Shown here piece by piece: positions 1 through 9,383 of a stretch of 32,000 nt of DNA. Numbering within the stretch: the stretch's first letter is position 1; each line of letters starts with the position of its first letter. The position numbers were made by a program, and so were the translations under genes. The notes below the pieces were generated by a model. The model saw nothing but the letters and a program-made list of their open reading frames with translations, did not search any database and was not told the origin of the DNA. The stretch covers positions 1,057,360-1,089,359 of the forward strand of contig NC_001263.1 in assembly GCF_000008565.1 (NCBI RefSeq), given 5' to 3'. The DNA is from Deinococcus radiodurans R1 = ATCC 13939 = DSM 20539. Its GTDB lineage: Bacteria > Deinococcota > Deinococci > Deinococcales > Deinococcaceae.

Positions 1-1
1 A

Positions 2-469
2 CAGGTTCAGCAAAAGGGGCAGCCTGTTTCCACCGTCCCCATCGCTGAAACTGGGCAGCGGGGCGCCACAAAACTCGCCTTCGTCAACCTGAAAGCCCTG
101 TCCGGCCCGCTGGGGTATGCCGTCACCTGGCTCCCCGACGCGCGCCGCGCGGATGTGGAACGGGTGCGGAAAATTCCGGGTGGACTGTCACAGACACAGG
201 GCGAACTGGCGGGCCTTAAGCTAAAGCCGACGCGCCTGAATGCCTCCGCAGAAGTACGGTTTCAACCTCTGAAGAACGAACCAGCATTTGAGGAGCTGTT
301 TCTCTCGTCACCAGCGCGAGAATTGGTGCGTATCTGGCCGTTTTTTCCACGCGGCCGTATGAGTGCAGCGTCTTGCGAGAGCAGTCCGCGCATTTGCCAA
401 ATCAGCTATGACAAGACCTATCTCTGGACGCTGGGTTATGTGGAACTGAAAGAGTCGGCCTGGCAATAA
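2..469 (+). CDS. 3' part of a hypothetical protein gene entering from the left edge (partial)
   Basis: This frame is open from base 2 to TAA 467..469 (156 codons, no stop). The track ORF 155..469 is only the GTG-initiated tail of it. The distal ~300 nt are visibly less GC-rich than the rest of the window. No domain recognised. Confidence 0.4.
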   Translation, partial: QVQQKGQPVSTVPIAETGQRGATKLAFVNLKALSGPLGYAVTWLPDARRADVERVRKIPGGLSQTQGELAGLKLKPTRLNASAEVRFQPLKNEPAFEELFLSSPARELVRIWPFFPRGRMSAASCESSPRICQISYDKTYLWTLGYVELKESAWQ

Positions 470-3139
<2,670 letters not shown>

Positions 3140-3153
3140 TTTGCGAAGATGAA

Positions 3154-3187
3154 GGAAGCTGGGGCTTGGGCTCCGGCTTTTTTTATT
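3154..3187 (+). terminator. probable intrinsic terminator after clpB
   Basis: GGAAGCTGGGGC-TTGG-GCTCCGGCTTT hairpin containing several G-U pairs, followed by a T7 run at 3178..3184. Confidence 0.5.
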
Positions 3188-3222
3188 GGCAACTTCCGCC
3201 CGCTCAACCTCGTAGCGTGGTC

Positions 3223-3648
3223 ATGCAGCTCAAGATCAGGGTGCCCAAATTCATTGGCCGCTGGCTGGACCAACGCTTTCAAGCCAGCTTGCCGCGGCCT
3301 GGGAGCACCGTCATTCCGCCTAGCGAACTCGGGTTGACGCGGCGCACCCTGCTTTATTTCAAAGCCGAACACTGCGTGGCGTGCGGGCCCCTGGAGATGT
3401 TCGTCGGACAGTTGGCAGCCCAAAACGGGCTTGACCTGCGCGTGATCGATTTTCGCAGGGGTGAGTTGCCCGAAACGGTGTACGGCGACCAGCTACTTCT
3501 GGATAAAGACGGCAGCGTCGGCAAACGCTACCGGGTGAGCGTCTTTCCCACCCTCGTCCTGACCGACGAACACGGTTTGATCGGTGGGGCGCTGGCAGGC
3601 GTGAGCGAGCGAGACAAAGTGGCGGCGGGACTGGGCTTGACTGCCTGA
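3223..3648 (+). CDS. thioredoxin-fold protein with CxxC (CVAC) motif, 141 aa
   Basis: The translation contains ...LLYFKAEHCVACGPLE... and ...YRVSVFPTLVL..., typical of the thioredoxin/TlpA fold. ATG at 3223 chosen over the upstream track start. Confidence 0.7.
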   Translation: MQLKIRVPKFIGRWLDQRFQASLPRPGSTVIPPSELGLTRRTLLYFKAEHCVACGPLEMFVGQLAAQNGLDLRVIDFRRGELPETVYGDQLLLDKDGSVGKRYRVSVFPTLVLTDEHGLIGGALAGVSERDKVAAGLGLTA

Positions 3649-3736
3649 CGTGGTCTGAGGGGGCTGGGGCGTCGGCTCGGGCTTTTTTCTTCTGTTCTCG
3701 CGTGGCGCTGGCATCAGACGCCCGTCACCCCCCCTC

Positions 3737-3742
3737 TACACT
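3737..3742 (+). promoter_or_regulatory. -10 box TACACT, 6 nt before ATG 3749 (leaderless-type)
   Basis: TACACT-ttgtcc-ATG with no SD. Confidence 0.45.
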
Positions 3743-3748
3743 TTGTCC

Positions 3749-4231
3749 ATGAAACGAATTTTCCCGCTGCTGGCCGCGCTTTTTCTCGCCTCTGCCCAGG
3801 CGCAAAACACAACGCCTGCCACGTTCACCCTCGATGGGCGCACGCTGGGGCAGACCACGGTTTACGTTTCCGGCGGGCAGTTGATGCTTCCGCTCACCGC
3901 TTTCGCCCAGATGGGCTGGAAGCCGCTGCTGGACACGGACAATGGTCTGATTGACCTCGCCGGCTGCCTGCGCGTCAGCACCGTCAGGCCGAACATGTGG
4001 TTGATTGGTGGCCTTTCTCACATCGGAGTCAGTTCAGCGTCGGCTCTGGCACCGCTGCCCGTCAACGCTCAATTTCGTGGCGGGCGCTGGTATCTCCCGG
4101 CGTGGGCGGTGGCCGGGCAACTGCTCTACACCGTGACCTTTGACAAGGCGAATGCCCGGGTGGACGTGAAAAAGCCTGCTGACCCGGCCAAAATCACTCC
4201 GACGGTGGAGGCGTGCCTGCTGCGTCTTTAG
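3749..4231 (+). CDS. secreted hypothetical protein, 160 aa
   Basis: N-terminal signal peptide MKRIFPLLAALFLASAQA/Q. GC3-rich frame. The TAG stop (4229..4231) lies inside the terminal repeat of the following element. Confidence 0.7.
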   Translation: MKRIFPLLAALFLASAQAQNTTPATFTLDGRTLGQTTVYVSGGQLMLPLTAFAQMGWKPLLDTDNGLIDLAGCLRVSTVRPNMWLIGGLSHIGVSSASALAPLPVNAQFRGGRWYLPAWAVAGQLLYTVTFDKANARVDVKKPADPAKITPTVEACLLRL

Positions 4232-4398
4232 AGCATTTGACAAAAAGATGGCACAGCTTTTTGGCGAGCGGACTGGAACAGCTCGCAGAGAGCGAGTGCA
4301 AAACGTTGAGCAGGACGGACTTGCAAAGCTGCGAAGCAGAGAATGGGGCGGGTGGCGGCGCTGTTACGACGCACGCGTAATTCGGAGAACTGCTCTAG
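4228..4398. repeat. mosaic small non-coding repeat (MITE-like), copy E
   Basis: Left end TTAGAGCATTTGACAAA (4228..4244), right end TGCTCTAG (4391..4398) inverted. The internal module AGCTGCGAAGCAGAGA (4327..4342) matches 6745..6760 at 15/16. CTCGCAGAG (4282..4290) matches 6738..6746. Confidence 0.6.
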
Positions 4399-4402
4399 GA
4401 GC

Positions 4403-4408
4403 CATACT
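4403..4408 (+). promoter_or_regulatory. -10-like CATACT, 6 nt before ATG 4415
   Basis: CATACT-ccagcc-ATG with no SD. Confidence 0.35.
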
Positions 4409-4414
4409 CCAGCC

Positions 4415-4717
4415 ATGTCCCTCAACCCCGCCGAAAAACAGCGCACCCGCCAGGACCTTCAGGCCAACCGCCAACTGTGCCCACTCAGCGACGAAGCCAT
4501 CGCCACCGCCCTTGGCTGGACGCCGGGGCACTTGCAAGCCACACTCCAGGTCACGTCTCATCCCGCCGACGTGTGGCGGCTGCGCGATTTTTTGGTGCAG
4601 GCGATTCGGGAGTCAGGTGGCACGCCTGCGCCTTTTTCGGTGCTGACCGATGACAAACGCGGCGCGGCGCAGGGCTGGTTCGGGAGCTGGACGGTGCCGC
4701 CCACGCCCCGGGAGTAA
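4415..4717 (+). CDS. small hypothetical protein, 100 aa (tentatively DUF2316-like)
   Basis: MSLNPAEKQRTRQDLQANRQL...; GC3-rich. The family assignment is from memory of the N-terminal pattern only. Confidence 0.6.
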   Translation: MSLNPAEKQRTRQDLQANRQLCPLSDEAIATALGWTPGHLQATLQVTSHPADVWRLRDFLVQAIRESGGTPAPFSVLTDDKRGAAQGWFGSWTVPPTPRE

Positions 4718-4730
4718 ACAGTATTGCTGC

Positions 4731-5164
4731 TCAGTCAAACGAAGAACCGACAAAATACAGCAATTCCGGCTGCCCACCCCGGTAAGTCGTGACCACGTAG
4801 CCCTCACCGCGCCCGATGAAAGCGGGGGACGTCCGGCGGGCCTGACCTGCGCCAGCGTGGGCTGCTGCTCCGGCATCAGTTCGCGCAGGCCCCAGGCGTC
4901 CTCGCTGCTGGCCAGGGCCTCGAAATCCAGGATGCTGCGGGTGCCGGTGTCCTCGGCGGCCTCCACAGCCTCTTCGATGCTGCCATGCTGCGGCCCCGAC
5001 GCGAGCGACTGCGGCGCGGGTGACTGTGGCGTGACCGGAAAAGGCGGAAAGTCCAGCGCCGGGAAGTATCGTCCGGCCTGAAACTCGCGCTCCCGCAAGG
5101 CGTCGAGGGCCTGCTGAAGGTCGGGCTGATAGTCGACCACATACCACCACGGCGAACTTCCCAT
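4731..5164 (-). pseudogene. hypothetical protein gene with an apparent frameshift
   Basis: ATG 5164 overlaps the MOSC stop by 1 nt (TGATG). The N-terminal frame reads MGSSPWWYVVDYQPDLQQALDALREREF... and runs on to 4613, antisense into the convergent gene. A second frame gives a sensible C-terminus, ...AFIGRGEGYVVTTYRGGQPELLYFVGSSFD*, ending at 4731. Confidence 0.5.
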
Positions 5165-5709
5165 CAGCCGCCCCCGAACGCCGTCACGAACTGCTTGAAG
5201 ATGGTCGGCGCGTACTCGGACGGCTCGGGGCCGAGTTCCGCGTCCTGCCCGGCTTCCAGCCAGCCTCCGCGCAGCACCCGGCAGTAGAAGCCGGGGCGCT
5301 CCATCTCGCGGAACTTGTGGACAAAATCCGGGTCGCCCATCCGCACCGCCAGCGTCACGCAGGGAATGCGCGGCGCGGTGATTTCCAGTTCGGTGTCTCC
5401 CACGCGCAGCGTTTGCCCAATCCGCAGCGGAGCCGATTCGAGGTCGGAGAGCAGCAGGTTTTCCCCGAAGGTGCCCGGCGGCAGTGTCCGCCCCAGGGCC
5501 GTTTCCCAGGCGGCGTAGTCGGGCTGCGTGAAGACATAGACCGCCTGACTCAGCCCGCCGTGATGCCGGGTGTCGGCGATGTGGTCGCCGGCCAGGCCGA
5601 ACTCGCCGAGCTGTACCGGGCCGGACACAGGCTCCTTGAAAATGCCGCTGTAACCGCTTTTGGCACGGATGGGCCGCCGCTCCCCGACATTCACGCTCAG
5701 CACTCGCAT
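5164..5709 (-). CDS. MOSC domain-containing protein (YiiM-like), 181 aa
   Basis: Typical MOSC pattern: ...GLAGDHIADTRHHGG...AVYVF... and ...ITAPRIPCVTL.... Confidence 0.9.
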   Translation of the reverse strand: MRVLSVNVGERRPIRAKSGYSGIFKEPVSGPVQLGEFGLAGDHIADTRHHGGLSQAVYVFTQPDYAAWETALGRTLPPGTFGENLLLSDLESAPLRIGQTLRVGDTELEITAPRIPCVTLAVRMGDPDFVHKFREMERPGFYCRVLRGGWLEAGQDAELGPEPSEYAPTIFKQFVTAFGGG

Positions 5710-5714
5710 GTCGC

Positions 5715-5720
5715 AGGATA
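5715..5720 (-). promoter_or_regulatory. -10 box TATCCT, 5 nt before ATG 5709
   Basis: Minus strand reads TATCCT-gcgac-ATG with no SD. Confidence 0.4.
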
Positions 5721-5759
5721 AGGCGTTGACTTTCTCCGCCGCTGCTACCCTGACGCCAT

Positions 5760-6452
5760 GTGTGCCGGAGCCTTCCGTTGATTCCCCGCGTCCTGCTCGG
5801 CTCCGCGCCGGTGCCCGGTGGGGAGGGCGAACTGCACCTGTTTCGCCGAGGCGCCGACTTTGCCATCAGTGTGAGCACCATGCCCGGCGAGCTGATGAAC
5901 AGCCGGATGCACGCCTCCGAAGACGCGCTCGCCCAGCTCGGGTGCGCTCCGGTGGCGGGGCGACAGGCGGCGCGGGTGCTTGTCGGCGGCCTCGGCATGG
6001 GCTTCACGCTCGCCGAGGCGCTGCGGCAGCTCGGGCCGGATGCCCGCGTGGTCGTCGCCGAACTCGTGCTGCAGGTCGTGGACTGGAACCGGGGCGAGTT
6101 GGGCGAATGCGCCGGGTGGCCGCTGCGTGACCCGCGGGTGGAGGTGCGGGTCGGGGACGTGGGCGCGGTCATGCGCGAGGCGGGGCCGTTCGACGCGATT
6201 GTGCTCGACGTGGACAACGGGCCGGAGGGCCTCACCCGCGACGAAAACGGGCGGCTCTACAGTCCCGCCGGATTGCGTTCGGCGTGGGCAGCGTTGCGGC
6301 CCGGTGGGGTGCTGGCGGTCTGGTCGGCGCATCCGGCCCCGGCGTTCACGCGCAAGCTGGAGCGGGCGGGGTTCCGGGTGCGCTTAAAGCAGGTGCGGGA
6401 AAGGGTGGGGAAGGGGGCGGTGCATACGGTGTGGGTGGGGGAGAAGGGGTGA
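5760..6452 (+). CDS. spermidine synthase-like SAM-dependent methyltransferase, ~225-230 aa
   Basis: ...ELMNSRMHASEDALA...RVLVGGLGMGFTL...DAIVLDVDNGPEGL... matches the spermine/spermidine synthase-like fold. The start is GTG 5760 or TTG 5778. The TGA stop sits inside a GGGGTGAGGG repeat fragment. Confidence 0.85.
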   Translation: MCRSLPLIPRVLLGSAPVPGGEGELHLFRRGADFAISVSTMPGELMNSRMHASEDALAQLGCAPVAGRQAARVLVGGLGMGFTLAEALRQLGPDARVVVAELVLQVVDWNRGELGECAGWPLRDPRVEVRVGDVGAVMREAGPFDAIVLDVDNGPEGLTRDENGRLYSPAGLRSAWAALRPGGVLAVWSAHPAPAFTRKLERAGFRVRLKQVRERVGKGAVHTVWVGEKG

Positions 6453-6530
6453 GGGTGTTGAAGCCAGGGCTTTAGCTGTAGGCCCCAACCCCAAACCCCT
6501 ATCCCCAGAGGGGACAGGGGCTTAACGCTG
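6445..6530. repeat. partial repeat copy F (GGGGTGAGGGTG end module plus CCCCAAACCCC module)
   Basis: AAGGGGTGAGGGTG (6445..6458) equals the 3' end of the repeat core seen at 15715..15729. CCCCAAACCCCT recurs at about 25570..25581. Confidence 0.5.
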
Positions 6531-6716
6531 GCGCTGTGCACATGGCGGTGATTTCGCGTGTCGGGCGGTGCTCCGTAGTTGAGTGGGGGGCTGGTTGCCT
6601 GAACCTTCCAAATCGTGTCAGGCCCGTGCGCCTTCAGCGCCCGACGGCCCTTCCGTTCTGCGTTTCACGATTTTCTGTGGACGGCGTAGATAAAAGCTGA
6701 GGCGCAAGCATTTCTC

Positions 6717-6817
6717 TGACCCTCTCCCCTTGCGGGACTCGCAGAGCTGCGGAGCAGAGAGGGCCTTTGCGAAAGCAAAGGGGTGAGGGGGCGTCCACAC
6801 CCCATAAACCCTCACCC
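6717..6817. repeat. mosaic small non-coding repeat, copy A (core with an inserted module)
   Basis: TGACCCTCTCCCCTTGCGGG[ACTCGCAGAGCTGCGGAGCA]GAGAGGGCCTTTGCGAAAGCAAAGGGGTGAGGGG. The bracketed module is present inverted at 25458..25472. GGGTGAGGG (6781..6789) and CCCTCACCC (6809..6817) form an inverted pair. Confidence 0.65.
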
Positions 6818-7566
6818 CCCCCGCAAAAACCGCACCGTCTCCCGCTGCAACATCTCTATCTGTTCGAGCGAGTCATACGTGTGCCCCGCGCCGGGAATCG
6901 CGGTGGCGTCGCAGCGCAGGGCTTCGGCGTACGCACGCCCCACTCCACCGGGCAGGTCTGGTCGCGGTCGCCGTGAAAGACGTGGGCGACCCCACCCCAG
7001 CGGGCCGCGGCCTCCAACGGGCGCGTCTGCACGACTTCTTGCAGGAACGCGCGGCCCAGCGGCCAGCCGCCGTAGTCGCTGATGACCGGGGGCAGCAGTC
7101 CGCCGCGCAGGTGCCGCAGCCACAGCTCGGGCAGCGCGGGCGACCACAGGGCGAAGCGGTGAGGCCGCACTTTTTCGGCGGCCAGGGCGCTGACCAGTCC
7201 GCCCATGCTGTAGCCGAGCAGCATCACCCGCTCGGGGTCGAGGCCGGGTTGGTGGCGCACATAGTCGAAGGCGGCCTCCACGTCCTGCACCTCGCGGCCC
7301 ACCGTCATCTCGGAAAAGTCGCCCTGGCTCTCGCCGCTGCCCCGGCAGTCGAAGCGCAGCGCGGCTATGCCAGCGGCGGTGAGGCGGCGGGCCAGCAGCA
7401 CCAGCAGGCGGTGGCTGCTCACCTTGTCGCCGGTAAACCCATGCACGATGACCACGCTCGGCCAGCCTTGCGGCGGCGCCTGCTGTCCAGTGGCGGAACC
7501 GTCCGGCGTGTGGAGCATTCCGTACATCCGCTGACCCTCGACGCTGAACTGCGCGAACATTTCCAT
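6812..7566 (-). pseudogene. alpha/beta hydrolase with an apparent 1-nt frameshift
   Basis: Nucleophile elbow GYSMGG. After ...HGDRDQTCPVEWG the frame decays. The conserved C-terminus RAYAEALRCDATAIPGAGHTYDSLEQIEMLQRETVRFLRGG*, which carries the catalytic His, is in another frame (track ORF 6812..7147). The junction is at the C4 run 6938..6941. Confidence 0.8.
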
Positions 7567-7573
7567 GCCGCCG

Positions 7574-7579
7574 AGTGTA
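7574..7579 (-). promoter_or_regulatory. -10 box TACACT, 7 nt before ATG 7566
   Basis: Minus strand reads TACACT-cggcggc-ATG with no SD. Confidence 0.45.
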
Positions 7580-7688
7580 CGGGGGCGGGCGCGTCAGACT
7601 GTGCGCCGGGGGACGGTCGGGCGGGTCAGGCAGCGCCGCGACAATGTTTGATGGAGGCGGCGCTTAGCCGGGGCGGCGTGCTACCGGC

Positions 7689-7694
7689 AACAAT
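7689..7694 (+). promoter_or_regulatory. -10-like AACAAT, 6 nt before ATG 7701
   Basis: AACAAT-caggcc-ATG with no SD. Confidence 0.4.
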
Positions 7695-7700
7695 CAGGCC

Positions 7701-7895
7701 ATGAACCAGAATGTCGGGAACCTTGACCGCCTCGTCCGTGCCACCGTCGGCATCGGGCTGCTGATTGTCGCCACCCGCCGCCACGGCCTCGGCAAGCTCG
7801 CTGCGCTGGGCCTGGGCGCCGCGCTGCTTACCACCTCGGCCACCGCCCACTGCCCCGCGTACTCGGCGCTAGGGACCGATACCCTCGACCACTGA
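7701..7895 (+). CDS. DUF2892 (YgaP-like) small membrane protein, 64 aa
   Basis: MNQNVGNLDRLVRATVGIGLL...TSATAHCPAYSALG matches the characteristic DUF2892 pattern (N..DR..R...G and CP.Y...G). Confidence 0.85.
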   Translation: MNQNVGNLDRLVRATVGIGLLIVATRRHGLGKLAALGLGAALLTTSATAHCPAYSALGTDTLDH

Positions 7896-7901
7896 GTCCA
7901 C

Positions 7902-7949
7902 AAAAACCGGGAGAGCCGCAGGCTGTATGCCACGGCTCTCCCGGTTTTT
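7902..7949. terminator. bidirectional intrinsic terminator
   Basis: AAAAACCGGGAGAGCCG - 14-nt loop - CGGCTCTCCCGGTTTTT. Perfect 12-13 bp stem flanked by an A-run and a T-run, between two convergent genes. Confidence 0.85.
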
Positions 7950-7958
7950 AATGATCAT

Positions 7959-9266
7959 TCAGGGCGTCAGCCGGTGCCGGTCACGCGGGAAAGCGCGGGC
8001 ATAGCGCACGTTGGCGATGCCGAGCAGCTTGGCGGTCAGTCGCTCGGCGCCGATGGCGAAGCCGCCGTGCGGGGGCATCCCGTATTTGAAGACCTCGGTG
8101 TAGCCCTCCAGCGATTCGGGTTTGAGTTTGTACGCCGCGATGGAGTCCATCAGCATCCCGTAGTCGTGGATGCGCTGCCCGCCCGAGGTGATTTCGATGC
8201 CCCGGAACAGCAGGTCGAAGCCGCGCGTCACTTCACCGTTCACGCTGCCGTCCTCGTTCAGTTCGGGGTGCGCATAGAAGGGCCGGGCGGCGCGCGGGTA
8301 CTTCGTCACGAACACGAAGTCGCTGCCCTCGGTTTCGGCAAAATGCTGCGAGAGCAGGCGCTCGGCTTCGGGGTCGAGGTCTTTGCCGCCGACCGGGTGG
8401 CCGTATTTTTCCGTCACCAGTTGCCGGGCGTCCATCAGCGTGATGCGGGGAATGTGCGCCGGCACGTCGGGAATCGTCGCGCCCAGCAGCTCAAACTCGG
8501 CCTGCGAGGTGGCCCGCAGCCGCTCCATGATGCTCGCCAGCAGGCGGTTCTCGAGGCCCATCACGTCTTCCTCGTCCTCAATGAAGCCCATTTCCACGTC
8601 GAGCGACAGGTATTCGTTGAGGTGACGGCTGGTGGCGTGCTCCTCGGCGCGGTAGACGGCGGCGACTTCGAAGACGCGCTCGAACACGCCGACCATAATC
8701 TGCTTGTAGAGCTGCGGGCTCTGCGCGAGGTAGGCCGGGTGCCCGAAATAGTCGATGGGGAAGAGGTTCGCCCCGCCTTCCGCGCCCGCCGACACGATTT
8801 TGGGCGTGCTGATTTCGGTAAAGCCCTCGCCGCGCAGGTGCGCCCGGAAGGCGTCCACCAGTTCGGCCTGCACCTTGAGCGCCGCCCGCTCCTTGAGCCC
8901 GCGCACCGTCACCACGCGGTAGTCGAGCATCGTTTCGGGGTTGACGTTCCACTCCATTTTGGGGATTTCCACCGGGGTGGCCTCGGTCGCCGCCGAGATG
9001 ACGCGGAAGTCTTCCACCTGCACCTCGAAGCCGCCGGGCGCTTTGGGGTGGGCCTTGACCTTGCCGACGACTTCCACGCTGCTCTCGGCCAGGGGAAGGG
9101 TCAGGCCGCTGCCCACGCACTGGGTCACGCCGGTCACGTCGCGCAGCACCAAAAATTGCACGCCCCCCAGGTCGCGGCGGGCGTGGACGAAGCCTTGAAG
9201 TTTAACGGTCTGCCCCTCATGTTGGGGCAGTTCACGGGTCAGCGTGCGTTTGAGTGGGCTGGTCAT
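7959..9266 (-). CDS. aspS: archaeal/eukaryal-type aspartyl-tRNA synthetase (AspRS2, non-discriminating type), 435 aa
   Basis: Short AspRS lacking the bacterial GAD insertion. Class II motifs: ...FRAEEHATSRHLNEY..., ...GGQRIH..., ...GGFAIGAERL.... ATG 9266 is preceded by AAGGAG (9278..9273). The track start at 9413 is inside the leader. Confidence 0.96.
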   Translation of the reverse strand: MTSPLKRTLTRELPQHEGQTVKLQGFVHARRDLGGVQFLVLRDVTGVTQCVGSGLTLPLAESSVEVVGKVKAHPKAPGGFEVQVEDFRVISAATEATPVEIPKMEWNVNPETMLDYRVVTVRGLKERAALKVQAELVDAFRAHLRGEGFTEISTPKIVSAGAEGGANLFPIDYFGHPAYLAQSPQLYKQIMVGVFERVFEVAAVYRAEEHATSRHLNEYLSLDVEMGFIEDEEDVMGLENRLLASIMERLRATSQAEFELLGATIPDVPAHIPRITLMDARQLVTEKYGHPVGGKDLDPEAERLLSQHFAETEGSDFVFVTKYPRAARPFYAHPELNEDGSVNGEVTRGFDLLFRGIEITSGGQRIHDYGMLMDSIAAYKLKPESLEGYTEVFKYGMPPHGGFAIGAERLTAKLLGIANVRYARAFPRDRHRLTP

Positions 9267-9283
9267 GAGTCTCTCCTTGAACG

Positions 9284-9310
9284 AAAAACCCCCGCCGGGG
9301 TGGGCGGGGG
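9284..9310 (-). terminator. intrinsic terminator (attenuator 3:4 hairpin) in the aspS2 leader
   Basis: Minus strand reads CCCCCGCC-cacccc-GGCGGGGG-TTTTT. 8-bp all-GC stem. The T-run ends 17 nt before the aspS2 ATG. Confidence 0.8.
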
Positions 9311-9334
9311 CGCGGCCATACGACGAGGCGTCCC

Positions 9335-9376
9335 CTAGCGGGAATCGTCGTTGTCGTTGTTCAGTGCCGCGAACAT
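9335..9376 (-). CDS. candidate leader peptide MFAALNNDNDDSR (13 codons)
   Basis: ATG TTC GCG GCA CTG AAC AAC GAC AAC GAC GAT TCC CGC TAG. Six consecutive Asn/Asp codons. The start lies 7 nt after a TACACT -10 box. The stop codon abuts the antiterminator segment. Confidence 0.6.
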   Translation of the reverse strand: MFAALNNDNDDSR

Positions 9377-9383
9377 GGTGCAG

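Noticed and set aside
155-469. Track ORF as an independent 104-aa gene starting at GTG 155.
   Set aside because: The frame is open all the way to the left edge with good coding character in the first 150 nt, so it is more likely the 3' end of a longer gene.
3649-3705. Terminator after the thioredoxin-fold gene (GC-rich stretch followed by a T6 run at about 3682..3688).
   Set aside because: I could not draw a convincing stem by hand, only G-U-rich pairings. It is left uncalled.
5758-5781. ATG 5758 placed 6 nt after a TACCCT box, as the start of the methyltransferase gene.
   Set aside because: It is out of frame with the methyltransferase and gives only MCAGAFR*. The in-frame candidates are GTG 5760 and TTG 5778.
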